A DNA stretch of 64,000 nt from IMG/VR virus record IMGVR_UViG_2648501222_000009; one strand, written 5' to 3'. Under the pieces are notes generated by a model that was given only the letters and a program-made list of their open reading frames with translations, was not told where the DNA came from and did no database searches. Of this stretch, positions 36,850 through 47,020 are shown one piece after another. How positions within the stretch are numbered: the first letter of the stretch is position 1; each line of letters begins with the position of its first letter. Source of the stretch: an uncultured virus (IMG/VR IMGVR_UViG_2648501222_000009) (taxonomy: Duplodnaviria; Heunggongvirae; Uroviricota; Caudoviricetes). Position numbers and translations under genes: made by a program.

Positions 36850-37562
36850 GAAAAGTGAATATTTCCAGCTCAGGCTCCCGCATTTTGCGTGTTCTTAAAG
36901 CGCTTCGCGGTCANNNNNNNNNNNNNNNNNNNNNNNNNNNNNNNNNNNNNNNNNNNNNNNNNNNNNNNNNNNNNNNNNNNNNNNNNNNNNNNNNNNNNNN
37001 NNNNNNNNNNNNNNNNNNNNNNNNNNNNNNNNNNNNNNNNNNNNNNNNNNNNNNNNNNNNNNNNNNNNNNNNNNNNNNNNNNNNNNNNNNNNNNNNNNNN
37101 NNNNNNNNNNNNNNNNNNNNNNNNNNNNNNNNNNNNNNNNNNNNNNNNNNNNNNNNNNNNNNNNNNNNNNNNNNNNNNNNNNNNNNNNNNNNNNNNNNNN
37201 NNNNNNNNNNNNNNNNNNNNNNNNNNNNNNNNNNNNNNNNNNNNNNNNNNNNNNNNNNNNNNNNNNNNNNNNTTTCCAGCTCAGGCTCCCGCATTTTGCG
37301 TGTTCTTAAAGCGCTTCGCGGTCACACACTTAATGGAATCTCAAATGGTGAGCTGGCATTAGCACTTGAAGATTCTCCGGCCAATATCAACCGTGCGTTA
37401 AATACACTGATCGAAGAAGGGCTAGCAATGAAGCTGGATAACGCTCGTTTTGCACCGGGCATCCAGCTTTTGCAGATCGCTGTTGCGTATAGCAACGAGA
37501 TGAGCCGGGCACAGGATCGCATAAACGAAATTAACCAACGGGTATTAGCTGGTAGTCGATAA
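36846..37562 (+). CDS. Small IclR-like winged-HTH protein (about 101 aa once the gap overlap is merged)
   Basis: RILRVLKAL..SNGELA..SPANINRALNTL; 52 bp repeated on both sides of the gap merge in frame. Confidence 0.75.
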   Translation: MRKVNISSSGSRILRVLKALRGXXXXXXXXXXXXXXXXXXXXXXXXXXXXXXXXXXXXXXXXXXXXXXXXXXXXXXXXXXXXXXXXXXXXXXXXXXXXXXXXXXXXXXXXXXXXXXXXXXXXXXXXXXXXXXXXXXXXXXXXXSSSGSRILRVLKALRGHTLNGISNGELALALEDSPANINRALNTLIEEGLAMKLDNARFAPGIQLLQIAVAYSNEMSRAQDRINEINQRVLAGSR

Positions 37563-37571
37563 GGAATAAAA

Positions 37572-38480
37572 ATGGGACGCGAAAAAATACAACCTGCTGA
37601 ATTAGTAGAAAATTCACAGCTATCCGATGATATAAACGTCAATCTTAATGCCATGGCTGAGCATCGCCTTGAAATCATGCAGCAGTTTGGTGAAGGTCTG
37701 CCTTACGAACGTGATCGTATTGTCCATGAAACGAAGTTTTACATGGCACAATCGGCAGAAGCAATGCTGGAAGCAGGTAAACGACTGATTATTCTTAAAG
37801 AATGTGAACCTCATGGCGATTTCACTCAAATAATTACAGAACAACTTGGTCTTGCGGAAAGAACCGCCAGATTGGTCATGCAGGCAGCTGTTAAATATTG
37901 CTCACCAGAGTTGGAGTCAAAACGGCAAGCGCTTGCCGTTTTGGGAAAAACAAAGTTGTTTGAACTTATGACTGAAGATGATGGAGACCTAGTTGAATTA
38001 GCTGATGGCGGTACGATCGCCGGTATGAGCCTTGATGATATTGATCGCATGACAAGTCGTGAACTGAAGGCCGCACTGCGCGAAGCACGTGAGACCAACG
38101 CAGCACAACAGCGCGTTCTCGCCGATAAAAACGAGAAGATTGACACGCTCTCCACAAAGCTGGAGAAGAAATCCCGGATACAACCACCAAAACCCGACGA
38201 AGAAGTGAAGAAGTTGCGGGCAGAAGTGACCGCATTATCCACTGAGGCGGAATCTGCCATCACTGTCCGCCTGTTCAGCGCCTTCGAGATCCTGAGTGCC
38301 TATTGCGCAGAAAACCAGATTGATACGCCGAAAGACTTTATGGCGGGACTGGTCTGCGAACTGGAGAGCGCTGCCCGCAACCTGCGTTCTGCATTTGATC
38401 TGCCGGATGAGCCGACCGGCAACGTTGCCCCTTCCTGGCTGACAGACCCGATACCTGAGATTAATGGGCGGGAGGCATAA
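37572..38480 (+). CDS. DUF3102-like protein
   Basis: EAGKRLIILKECEPHGDF..L..RTA..M motif; upstream of transposase as in B3-type phages. Confidence 0.75.
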   Translation: MGREKIQPAELVENSQLSDDINVNLNAMAEHRLEIMQQFGEGLPYERDRIVHETKFYMAQSAEAMLEAGKRLIILKECEPHGDFTQIITEQLGLAERTARLVMQAAVKYCSPELESKRQALAVLGKTKLFELMTEDDGDLVELADGGTIAGMSLDDIDRMTSRELKAALREARETNAAQQRVLADKNEKIDTLSTKLEKKSRIQPPKPDEEVKKLRAEVTALSTEAESAITVRLFSAFEILSAYCAENQIDTPKDFMAGLVCELESAARNLRSAFDLPDEPTGNVAPSWLTDPIPEINGREA

Positions 38481-38483
38481 GCG

Positions 38484-40253
38484 ATGAGTGCTGCCCTGAC
38501 TGAACGACTGGTTTCTGTTGCCCGCGCGGCACGTGACGCGGGGCATGGTAAACGTGGTGCAATATACGACGCCGCCTGCACAGAACTGGGTATATCCCGT
38601 GCCACACTGCTGCGCAAGCTGAAGGAGGTATCAGTGACTGACAAACGCAAAAAACGCGCTGATGCAGGACGCAGCTCACTGAGCCGCGATGAAGCTGCGC
38701 TGATATCCGCCACACTGCGCGAAGCTACCCGTAAAAATGGCAAGCGCCTGTATTCCATCGCGGATGCGGTGGAAACTCTGAGGTCAAACGGCTTTATAAC
38801 TGCAGGCAGAACGGACGAGGCCACAGGCGAGTTTTTCCCGCTGTCCGATGACACCATCAGCCGCGCACTGCGTAACTATGGCCTGCACCCGGAACAGCTT
38901 GATGCACCGGCCCCATCTTCCGAGGTGGCAAGTCTGCACCCTAATCACGTCTGGGAGATTGATGCGTCGCTTTGTACGCTTTACTACCTGAGTAACGGTC
39001 ACAAGGGGCTGCAGGTGATGGACAGCGCGAAGTTCTACAAGAATAAGCCTGCCAACCTTGCACGCATCGCCAGTGACCGGGTATGGAGCTATGAGATAAC
39101 CGATCATACCAGCGGCTGGATTTATGTTGAGTACGTGATGGGGGCGGAATCCGGTGAAAACCTCTGTTCTGTGCTTATCAATGCGATGCAGGAACGCGGC
39201 GGTGCAGATGTGCTGCACGGCGTACCTAAGATACTCTACCTTGACCCCGGTTCGGCGAACACCGCCGGCATGACGAAAAACATGTGCCGCTCGCTGGGTA
39301 TCGATCTGATAGCGCACAAGCCGCATAACGCCCGCGCTACCGGTCAGGTTGAAAAAGCCCGTGACATTATCGAACGCAAGCTGGAACCGGGTCTGAAGTT
39401 CCGTCCGGTTAACAGCCTGGAAGAGCTGAACTCACTGGCTGTGAAATGGCGCAGTCACTTTAATGCCACAGCAATCCACAGCCGTCACGGTAAAACCCGC
39501 ACCGATATCTGGCTGAAAATCACGGCTGAACAGTTGCAGAAAGCGCCATCTACAGAGGTCTGCCGTGAACTGGCGGTGGCGGCACCGGAACTCCGCAAAG
39601 TCACACCAAAACTGCGTGTATCGTTCCGTGGCACAGAGTTTGATGTGTCGGCGGTACCGGGCGTTTTGGTCGGCGAAAAACTGATGATTACCCGTAACCC
39701 ATGGCGCAGCGATGTGGCACAGGTGGTACTGACCGGCGGGGACGGTCACGAGACATTCTTTCTGGTCGAAGAGGTCAGAAAGAACGAGTTTGGCTTTGCC
39801 GAAAGCGCGGCGGTGTTTGGCAAAAGCTATAAACCCCTGCCGGAGACCACGGCACAGACTGCTGCAAAAGAAATTGAAGAGCTGGTCACCGGTACGGATA
39901 ACGCTGCTGATGCAGCGGCAGCCCGTAAGGCAAAAACGCTGCCGTTCGGCGGACGACTGGATCCATACAAACATATCGACGACACCACGCTTCCCGCCTA
40001 TATGCCTAAACGCGGTCAGGTTTCAGATGTGCGCGGCCCGCGTATTGAGCTACGCCCGCTGACCCATGTGGAGGCTGCGAAAATTCTGCGTGAAAAGTTC
40101 AGCCTGAACGGCCATACCTGGACGCCGGAACATTATCGCCGGTTAACGGCGGATTACCCGGATGGTGTGCCGGAAGCCACACTGGATGAAGTGATGGTCG
40201 CCCTGACCACCCCGGCCCGCAACAGCGTTATCAGCATTGTTAACGGCAACTGA
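38484..40253 (+). CDS. DDE transposase (MuA analogue, B3-type)
   Basis: HPNHVWEIDAS, PKILYLDPGS and ARATGQVE catalytic triad. Confidence 0.93.
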   Translation: MSAALTERLVSVARAARDAGHGKRGAIYDAACTELGISRATLLRKLKEVSVTDKRKKRADAGRSSLSRDEAALISATLREATRKNGKRLYSIADAVETLRSNGFITAGRTDEATGEFFPLSDDTISRALRNYGLHPEQLDAPAPSSEVASLHPNHVWEIDASLCTLYYLSNGHKGLQVMDSAKFYKNKPANLARIASDRVWSYEITDHTSGWIYVEYVMGAESGENLCSVLINAMQERGGADVLHGVPKILYLDPGSANTAGMTKNMCRSLGIDLIAHKPHNARATGQVEKARDIIERKLEPGLKFRPVNSLEELNSLAVKWRSHFNATAIHSRHGKTRTDIWLKITAEQLQKAPSTEVCRELAVAAPELRKVTPKLRVSFRGTEFDVSAVPGVLVGEKLMITRNPWRSDVAQVVLTGGDGHETFFLVEEVRKNEFGFAESAAVFGKSYKPLPETTAQTAAKEIEELVTGTDNAADAAAARKAKTLPFGGRLDPYKHIDDTTLPAYMPKRGQVSDVRGPRIELRPLTHVEAAKILREKFSLNGHTWTPEHYRRLTADYPDGVPEATLDEVMVALTTPARNSVISIVNGN

Positions 40254-40263
40254 GGAGGAACAC

Positions 40264-41421
40264 ATGCTGGTATTGAAACAACAACTTAAAGAAGCCCGTA
40301 TCCCGCAGGCGGTGGTGGCAAGAGCGGTTGCCGTCTCCGAGGCAACTCTGGCCCAGATTGTGAACCATAACGAGTGGCCCCGCACCAGTCCGGAAGATGT
40401 GCGCCAGCGTCTGGCGTCTTATCTGGAAAGTAAGGGGATTGATACAAAAAAGAGTTTTGATGCCGCACAGGGCGCTGCTGCGCCCGGCACAGTGGGTACA
40501 ACCAACCTCCGTGAGGAAGAGAACATGTTACTTAAAAAACAGGTGTTATTTCCGGGAACCAAAAAAGCCTTTGGCCTTTTCCGTGACCCGTTCGCCGATG
40601 AAGCTATGCAGGGAGCGGACGATGTGTTTACCACACCGGATATCCGTTACGTGCGGGAGGCACTGTATCAGACTGCCCGCCACGGTGGCTTTATGGCAGT
40701 TATCGGTGAGTCCGGTGCGGGTAAATCCACGCTGCGCCGCGACCTGATTGAACGCGTCAACCGCGAGAACGCACCGGTGATTGTTATCGAGCCATACATC
40801 ATCGCCATGGAAGACAACGACGTGAAGGGCAAAACCCTGAAGGCGGCAGCTATCGCCGAGGCCATCATCAGCACTATCGCGCCGCTGGAAAACATCAAAC
40901 GCAGCCAGGATGCCCGTTTCCGCCAGTTACATCGTGTCCTGAAGGACAGCAGCCAGGCTGGCTTCAGCCACGTTCTGGTGATTGAAGAGGCCCACAGTCT
41001 GCCTATCCCGACACTGAAGCACCTCAAACGTTTTTTTGAGCTGGAGTCCGGCTTCAAAAAACTGCTGTCCATCGTACTGATTGGCCAGCCTGAACTGGCC
41101 ACCAAACTGTCCGAACGCAATATGGAAGTCCGTGAAGTCGTGCAGCGCTGCGAAGTGGTTGAACTGCTGCCGCTGGACAACAGCCTTGAAGAGTTTCTGG
41201 CGTTCAAACTGCAACGTGCCGGTAAGCAGCTGGCTGACGTCATGGACGCAGGTGCAGTTGAGGCCATCCGTGCCCGCCTGAGCAATCCGGGCAGCAACCG
41301 TAAAAGCATGGTCAGCCTGCTGTATCCGCTGGCTGTCAGTAACCTGGTGATAGCTGCCATGAATCTGGCCGCTGAAATCGGGGTTCCGCAGGTCAACGCC
41401 GACGTTGTTAAAGGAGTTTAA
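40264..41421 (+). CDS. Transposition AAA ATPase (MuB analogue, ExeA-like) with N-terminal HTH
   Basis: GESGAGKST, LVIEEAH and VLIGQPEL motifs. Confidence 0.92.
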   Translation: MLVLKQQLKEARIPQAVVARAVAVSEATLAQIVNHNEWPRTSPEDVRQRLASYLESKGIDTKKSFDAAQGAAAPGTVGTTNLREEENMLLKKQVLFPGTKKAFGLFRDPFADEAMQGADDVFTTPDIRYVREALYQTARHGGFMAVIGESGAGKSTLRRDLIERVNRENAPVIVIEPYIIAMEDNDVKGKTLKAAAIAEAIISTIAPLENIKRSQDARFRQLHRVLKDSSQAGFSHVLVIEEAHSLPIPTLKHLKRFFELESGFKKLLSIVLIGQPELATKLSERNMEVREVVQRCEVVELLPLDNSLEEFLAFKLQRAGKQLADVMDAGAVEAIRARLSNPGSNRKSMVSLLYPLAVSNLVIAAMNLAAEIGVPQVNADVVKGV

Positions 41422-41423
41422 CC

Positions 41424-41693
41424 ATGAAATCGATCAGCGATATCAACCGGCAGATGAGTAATGTCTGTTCCGCCATTGCGGTACTCAACACCATGAACAT
41501 GACTGTACAGAGCGTCATGATTGCAGGCAGTAAACCGGTTATCCGTATCACCCGCAACGGCCACTGTGCCCGTCTGCTGGAACAGGGAAAAGCTGGGTAT
41601 ACCCATACAGGCCATAACGGCTCAGGACGCTTTCGTCAGGGCTTCTTTGAACTGCATGGCTGCCGTATTACCTGGTCAGAATCATTACATTAA
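41424..41693 (+). CDS. Hypothetical protein
   Basis: Coupled ORF with RBS; ends in GCRITW. Confidence 0.7.
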   Translation: MKSISDINRQMSNVCSAIAVLNTMNMTVQSVMIAGSKPVIRITRNGHCARLLEQGKAGYTHTGHNGSGRFRQGFFELHGCRITWSESLH

Positions 41694-41710
41694 CCATAAG
41701 GTGAACAACG

Positions 41711-42322
41711 ATGAACGAAGTAAATAAAGAAGACTACATGAAAGACCGCAAGGGGCGGTTGGTGCCGGTTGACCAGGTATCTGACTATGACCTTGCGATG
41801 GATTCTTTCGTTAAAGAACAGGTTGCCGCCGCGAAGGTCAAACGCGATGAACTCAGTGATTTCAAACGCCGGGCTTTTGACGAATGCTATGCCTGGCTTG
41901 ACCTTGTGGCCGAGAAGTACGGCAGAACACGTGGTGGAGCCAAAGGCAACGTGACCTTCAGCAGCTTCGACGGCAGTCAGCAGATAACCATCCGTGTGCA
42001 GGAAACCCTGACTTTCGGGCCGGAACTGCAGATTGCCAAAGACCTGATTGACGAGTGCGTCACCGAGTGGTCTGAAGGTGCGAACGCCAATCTGAGAGCC
42101 ATCATCAGCGATGCTTTCCAGGTGGACAAGGAAGGCCAGCTTAACACCGGTCGTATTCTTTCCCTGCGGCGGGTCAAAATTCAGGACGACCGCTGGAACC
42201 GGGCAATGGAAGCCATATCAGAATCACTGCAGGTGGCGATGTCCAAAACCTATATTAATTTTCGCGAGAAAGATAAACACGGAAAGCTGATTAATATCCC
42301 GTTAGATATCGCTGCTGTTTAA
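41711..42322 (+). CDS. DUF3164 family protein
   Basis: GGAKGNVTFSSFDG, KDLIDEC and AFQVDKEG motifs. Confidence 0.85.
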   Translation: MNEVNKEDYMKDRKGRLVPVDQVSDYDLAMDSFVKEQVAAAKVKRDELSDFKRRAFDECYAWLDLVAEKYGRTRGGAKGNVTFSSFDGSQQITIRVQETLTFGPELQIAKDLIDECVTEWSEGANANLRAIISDAFQVDKEGQLNTGRILSLRRVKIQDDRWNRAMEAISESLQVAMSKTYINFREKDKHGKLINIPLDIAAV

Positions 42323-42402
42323 TTTTTAATTCCGTTTCTTTTTATTTCGGCGTCAGCGCCGCGGGTTTCTGCACGCCGAAAACTGTCAGGAGACCATCTG
42401 TT

Positions 42403-42588
42403 ATGTCTGTCAAATGCAACCATTGTAAGCAAAACATCACCACACTGAAGCCGTGTGAGGCCAATATTATCATCACCGGAAAATACCATGTACCGGCGGT
42501 TCTCATCACGCTGGTTTGCCCTCATTGCAGTCAGCATTATTACGCGGAAGTCCCGGTTATAGAATTTATACCTTGCGAGGAAAAATAA
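42403..42588 (+). CDS. Small zinc-ribbon protein
   Basis: CNHC...CPHC; AGGAG RBS. Confidence 0.7.
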   Translation: MSVKCNHCKQNITTLKPCEANIIITGKYHVPAVLITLVCPHCSQHYYAEVPVIEFIPCEEK

Positions 42589-42860
42589 TGATCACGCCTA
42601 AAGAAGCAGAAAAAAGAACCCGTGAAATTGTCGCGGAATATATTAGTGAATGTGGCTGTGAAAATCCTGACCATATCCGGCAGGTATTAATCAAATTAAT
42701 CAGCATGGCGGCTCACGCCATTGTGGCAACCAACGGACTGGAACAAGCCACGAATGTTCTTCATTCAACCAGCGATTACCTGCAAAAGCTGCCGCCGCTG
42801 TACAGAACGGAAATGACTGAGGACGGTCAGATAAAAATCATGGGTGTACCCCGCCATTAA
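42588..42860 (+). CDS. Hypothetical protein
   Basis: TAATG-coupled 90-aa ORF. Confidence 0.65.
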   Translation: MITPKEAEKRTREIVAEYISECGCENPDHIRQVLIKLISMAAHAIVATNGLEQATNVLHSTSDYLQKLPPLYRTEMTEDGQIKIMGVPRH

Positions 42861-42875
42861 TGTGGAGAGAATAAA

Positions 42876-43385
42876 ATGAAAGGCATGAAATTATATAACC
42901 GTTCGACTCTCTACAGCATGGCTCTGAAAACTTTTGGCCCGGAAGCTCAGGCTATGAAGCTGATTGAGGAGGCTGCAGAACTGGCCGCTGCCGCAGCCCG
43001 TAATATGAACGGATTGGGCAATGAGGTTGATTTGGCCGGGGAACTGGCTGACGTTGAAATAATGACTGAACAATTCCGTCTTAACGGACTGGGTAAACTG
43101 ATTGACTTCAAAAAACAGGAAAAGCTGGAACGTCTGGCCAAACGTATCGGATGTTCATACCGTACAGCAGATGATATTCATCCTACCGGCAGTTATGACG
43201 GGCTGGCAGCATTAATTAAAAAACTACCCCGCCGTGAACTGCTTGAAGACTGGTGTGGTGCAGTTCCAAACAGTGCATTTATCGGGGCGACAGACCAGGA
43301 GATTGCGGTAATGTCCGAATTTATCCTCGCCATACTTGATCTGCAGAATACCGGAATATTCGGGGGACCTTATGCAGGAAAATAA
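42876..43385 (+). CDS. MazG-like NTP pyrophosphohydrolase domain protein with C-terminal extension
   Basis: KLIEEAAEL...GELADV acidic motif. Confidence 0.65.
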   Translation: MKGMKLYNRSTLYSMALKTFGPEAQAMKLIEEAAELAAAAARNMNGLGNEVDLAGELADVEIMTEQFRLNGLGKLIDFKKQEKLERLAKRIGCSYRTADDIHPTGSYDGLAALIKKLPRRELLEDWCGAVPNSAFIGATDQEIAVMSEFILAILDLQNTGIFGGPYAGK

Positions 43386-44061
43386 TGAAAAGATACTGGA
43401 TAAATTAAAAAAACTCCTGGCACTTTCCAAATCAGATAATCCCCATGAAGCAGCGGTTGCGTTACAGCGGGCCCAGAAACTGATGAGTGCATATGGTATT
43501 ACGCAACATGATATTGCGCTCAGTGATATAGATGAAAGCATCAGTAGCTACTGGGCGGCTGGCAGTGTTAATCCGCCGCGTTATATGCTGGGTCTGCTGG
43601 ATATTATCCAGGCGGCATTTGGCGTTAAGTCTATTATCCATTCCGGCTTTAAACCCGGCGTTGGTTTTTACGGTAATAAAGACCGGGTTGAACTTGCCTC
43701 ATATACATGGGAAGTCCTGGCAAGACAATTAATTGCAGCCCGTAAAAACTATATCCGTCAGCAGAATAAGCGGATCATGAATAAGACCAAGACCAGCCGT
43801 GGTGACAAATTTGCCGAAGGTTGGGTACTGGCTGTACGCAGCGAGGTTCAGTTATTCGCAATGACCCGCGAAGAAAGAGAACTGGCAAGCCTCTGGCTTG
43901 AACAAAAATACCCTGACTCAGGAACAACTTCCGGACGTCAGGCCGGAAAATCCCGTGATGGGGATGTCTCCCGCATTATCGGTTACAAAGAGGGGAAAAA
44001 CGTCCTGTTGCATCAGCCTGTCAATGGCCAGGAACAGCAGAAGCTGGGGAGTGGCTTATGA
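43372..44061 (+). CDS. DUF2786 domain protein
   Basis: ILDKLKKLLALSKSDNPHEAAVALQRAQKLM motif. Confidence 0.85.
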   Translation: MQENNEKILDKLKKLLALSKSDNPHEAAVALQRAQKLMSAYGITQHDIALSDIDESISSYWAAGSVNPPRYMLGLLDIIQAAFGVKSIIHSGFKPGVGFYGNKDRVELASYTWEVLARQLIAARKNYIRQQNKRIMNKTKTSRGDKFAEGWVLAVRSEVQLFAMTREERELASLWLEQKYPDSGTTSGRQAGKSRDGDVSRIIGYKEGKNVLLHQPVNGQEQQKLGSGL

Positions 44062-44273
44062 TGGCTGAATCTGTTGTATTTTACCTGTTCTGGTATGGTC
44101 TCGCGGGATGGTGCACTGCTGAGTTGCACCGCCATTCAGGGTTTTACTCTCGTTGCAGCAGCTATGGACGCTGGTTCTGTTGGGCCGTTACATTCATGTG
44201 CTGGCCTGCTGCTCTTCCTTTATATGTCGATTATATTGGCGACGCAGGAAAAAGGAACGGAGATGATGAATAA
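44058..44273 (+). CDS. Small membrane protein
   Basis: Two aromatic/hydrophobic segments; overlap-coupled. Confidence 0.55.
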   Translation: MMAESVVFYLFWYGLAGWCTAELHRHSGFYSRCSSYGRWFCWAVTFMCWPAALPLYVDYIGDAGKRNGDDE

Positions 44274-44691
44274 ACAGCGCCTTATTCAACTCATTCACAT
44301 AGCCCGCAGTGACCTCCGGATGGATGAGGATACCTACCGGCAGATGCTGCAGGGCCTGACCGGTAAGACCTCAACCAAAGGAATGGATGCCATACAGCTA
44401 AACCGCGTTCTGGAATCCATGAAAAAGAAAGGCTTTCGTATTAAGCCTGCCGGGAAAGGTAAGTCCGGTTTACCGCTGGATAACCATCCGCAGTCAAAGA
44501 AAATCCGGGCGCTATGGCTTGAGATGTCTGCGGCTGGCATCGTGCGCGACAGTTCAGAGCAGGCGCTGGCGCTGTGGGTCAAACGGGAAACGGGTATCAG
44601 CGCGTTACGTTGGCTCAGCAGTGAGCAGGCTGGCAGCGTGATTGAGAAGCTGAAAAAGTGGCAGCGCAGAGCTGCGGGGAGAAAGCAATGA
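44263..44691 (+). CDS. gemA: GemA (Mu gp16-like)
   Basis: LIQLIHIA..L.MDEDTYR and KKIRALW..VIEKLKKW motifs. Confidence 0.9.
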   Translation: MMNKQRLIQLIHIARSDLRMDEDTYRQMLQGLTGKTSTKGMDAIQLNRVLESMKKKGFRIKPAGKGKSGLPLDNHPQSKKIRALWLEMSAAGIVRDSSEQALALWVKRETGISALRWLSSEQAGSVIEKLKKWQRRAAGRKQ

Positions 44692-45077
44692 GCGACCTGA
44701 ATCAGTTTCGCAGTAAAGGGCCGGAACTGTTGGTGGAGCTGGCACAACATACCTCTGAGACCATCCGGGAAATTATTGATATTGAACCGGGGATTGCCGA
44801 CCAGATTGGTCAGGCCGTCGCAAACCGCATGATGCAGGTCTGGGGCGGGCAAAACGTCTATTTTCCGATGGGTATGGTATGGCGGGTCAGCCAGCGTGAC
44901 AGAGAAATATTTAACGAATTCGACGGGCGTAACCATCACGAGCTGGCCCGTAAATTTGGTGTTTCTCTACAGTGGATTTACAGTGTGGTGAAGCGGGTCA
45001 GAAAAGAAGAATTGGATCGGATGCAGGGCAAACTGTTTGATGGTGAATCCGATGCAGACACGGGGAAAAAGGAGTAG
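44688..45077 (+). CDS. mor: Mor/C family transcription activator
   Basis: WGGQNVYFP and RDREIFNEFDGRNHHELARKFGVSLQWIY motifs. Confidence 0.92.
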   Translation: MSDLNQFRSKGPELLVELAQHTSETIREIIDIEPGIADQIGQAVANRMMQVWGGQNVYFPMGMVWRVSQRDREIFNEFDGRNHHELARKFGVSLQWIYSVVKRVRKEELDRMQGKLFDGESDADTGKKE

Positions 45078-45106
45078 AATCCACAACCAGACTGGTTCGA
45101 TTTCTG

Positions 45107-45159
<53 letters not shown>

Positions 45160-45196
45160 ATCCAGTCTTTTCCCACATTGACCCGGTTCTTCCCAT

Positions 45197-45239
45197 AATT
45201 ATCTCACTTATCCCCTGTCATTTATCTCAAGTCTAATCA
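45197..45239 (-). repeat. Right end with two putative transposase-binding sites
   Basis: Reverse strand TGATTAGACTTGAGATAAATG...GTGAGATAA at the same offsets as the left end. Confidence 0.85.
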
Positions 45240-45245
45240 GTTTTC
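45240..45245. repeat. Target site duplication GTTTTC, right copy
   Basis: Follows the CA terminus; identical to 10983-10988. Confidence 0.92.
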
Positions 45246-45967
45246 ACCACATCGAGAGACGCCGTATCGGTATACGGGTTCACGATAAAATCAAAGGATC
45301 GGTCTTTCAGGTTCGCCAGACCATTAAGCAGATCCGGAGCGCCGTTACCGCCAGACATCGCCGTGACGGTCATTTCAAAACCGGACGGTGTCGACTCGCC
45401 CCCGGTCAGCCCGAGGTAGTTCAGCCGGATATCAATCCCGTTACCGTGAACGCCTTTGTTTTTGGCCGTCAGCGTCACCGTATCTGTCTCGGCTGCTGCC
45501 GTTACCGGCAGGTTCGCATTGCGGTTAATCACTTTAGCCAGTCCGGTTGCGATAGCTTCCGCTGTGTCCGTGGCCACAACGGCCATCTGAACACGGATAC
45601 CCGCGATATACAGTGAAATCACACCGGTATCATTGGCAGCACTGGTAATTTTCAGTTTACCGGCGGCGGCTGTCTGCGATTCAGTATCTGCCAGCGGTAA
45701 CACCCACACCTCACCGGCGGTATCATTGCGGAAATACGCATCGGCTTCGGTGTGCAGCATGGATCCGCGACCGAAACGCTCTGCGGTCTGCATCCCTGAT
45801 GTTATACGCTCAGGAATGCTGTCTTTGCCCGCCGCACCGTCCAGCATCTGGCCGATTAACAGCGTGCGCTGCGTGGCAGTTGCTGTGTTGGCCATCGAGT
45901 TATCAAACTCAACGAAAAACAGCGGAGTCCGCAGATTCTGCGGAATAGTGGCAAATGGCACTGTCAT
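45240..45967 (-). pseudogene. Outer prophage tail sheath, 5' fragment
   Basis: IPQNLRTPLFFVEFDNS and FGRGSMLH; truncated at LDVVKT by the insertion. Confidence 0.93.
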
Positions 45968-46131
45968 GCTTTTTGCTCCTTCACTTTCTGAGGATTACCC
46001 GGCACGACATCCCCCTGATTCAGACGGGTGCGCCAGAAAACATTATCGGGGACGTCCTGCCCGGATTCAGGCAAAAGCTCCCCTTTGACCGGACAGCGGA
46101 CGCTGCGGCCTTTTACAGGTTTTACAAACAT
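45964..46131 (-). CDS. DUF2635 / Mu gp38-like small tail protein
   Basis: MFVKPVKGRSVRCP..LLPESG..FWRTRL.QGDV, 55 aa, absent from the ORF track. Confidence 0.8.
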   Translation of the reverse strand: MFVKPVKGRSVRCPVKGELLPESGQDVPDNVFWRTRLNQGDVVPGNPQKVKEQKA

Positions 46132-46133
46132 GG

Positions 46134-46682
46134 TTACTCCTGATTAGTCAGGTCGATGGAGACGTGATGTTCCGGGCTGCCGTCAGGCATCTGAACACTG
46201 ATATCGATACCGGTAAGCGGGTCAGCATCAACCGGGTAAAACTCCTCCGGCCCCTGGTAGTATTCGATATCCAGATCCATCAGAAGTTGCGCCATATGAC
46301 CTTCGCCGGCAGCACTGATGTTTATCTGAGAGCGGATATTCAGGAACTGCTGGATTTGCCGGGTCAGCTCATAACTGTTAATTACCGCCCGTTCAATCTG
46401 TTCCCGCAGGGCTTCGAGAGCCAGCTCTGCTTTTATGGCGCCGTTCTGGTCTTCCTCATCAAACTCTTCCAGACGGCCGGTGACGCGGACCGTGGTCACT
46501 GTGTTGAACTGCGGAACGTTACGACCGAGTGAGTGTTTTTCATCAAACGGGGTCTGCACGATAATGCAGGGGTATTCCGCATTGGTGGTCGGCCAGTCCT
46601 GCGGGGAATACACGCGGCCTTCCGCGTTGGTTTTCCCCTTCAGGGCAGCAACAACCAGCTCACGAACTCTGGCTGCATTCAT
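46134..46682 (-). CDS. Putative tail terminator/completion protein
   Basis: Position between head-tail joining and sheath genes. Confidence 0.6.
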   Translation of the reverse strand: MNAARVRELVVAALKGKTNAEGRVYSPQDWPTTNAEYPCIIVQTPFDEKHSLGRNVPQFNTVTTVRVTGRLEEFDEEDQNGAIKAELALEALREQIERAVINSYELTRQIQQFLNIRSQINISAAGEGHMAQLLMDLDIEYYQGPEEFYPVDADPLTGIDISVQMPDGSPEHHVSIDLTNQE

Positions 46683-47020
46683 TATTTCACCTTATTCAGG
46701 ATCAGGTGTGTCCCGCCGTGACTGTCCGGCTGTACATCGGATACCACAAACAGGGTGCTGACGCTGTAGATAAACACCCGGTCCCCTTTCGCCGGCGGCA
46801 CAGTAAAAATAACATCGCGCACACCGAGGATCGGACGGGTGGTATTGATGCCACTTTCACCGTCAGTGCTTTCGTAGTTCTGGAAATAGGCCCGGTCAAA
46901 AATGCCGCCGATGTCGTAAAATTCTGCGCCTTTGGCACTTTTCACCGGTTCCCAGCGCGCTTTTTCCGCAAAGACGTTATGCAGCGGCCCCAGCAGGTGT
47001 TTATCCCAGTCAACGCCCAT
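46682..47020 (-). CDS. Head-tail joining protein (lambda FII-like)
   Basis: GIFDRAY and VQPDSHGG..L.L motifs; synteny. Confidence 0.7.
   Translation of the reverse strand: MGVDWDKHLLGPLHNVFAEKARWEPVKSAKGAEFYDIGGIFDRAYFQNYESTDGESGINTTRPILGVRDVIFTVPPAKGDRVFIYSVSTLFVVSDVQPDSHGGTHLILNKVK

Noticed and set aside
36862..37324. Apparent 52-bp direct repeat and 238-aa ORF around an N gap
   Set aside because: The copies sit exactly at both contig edges and merge in frame into a 101-aa HTH gene, which is typical of an unmerged contig overlap.
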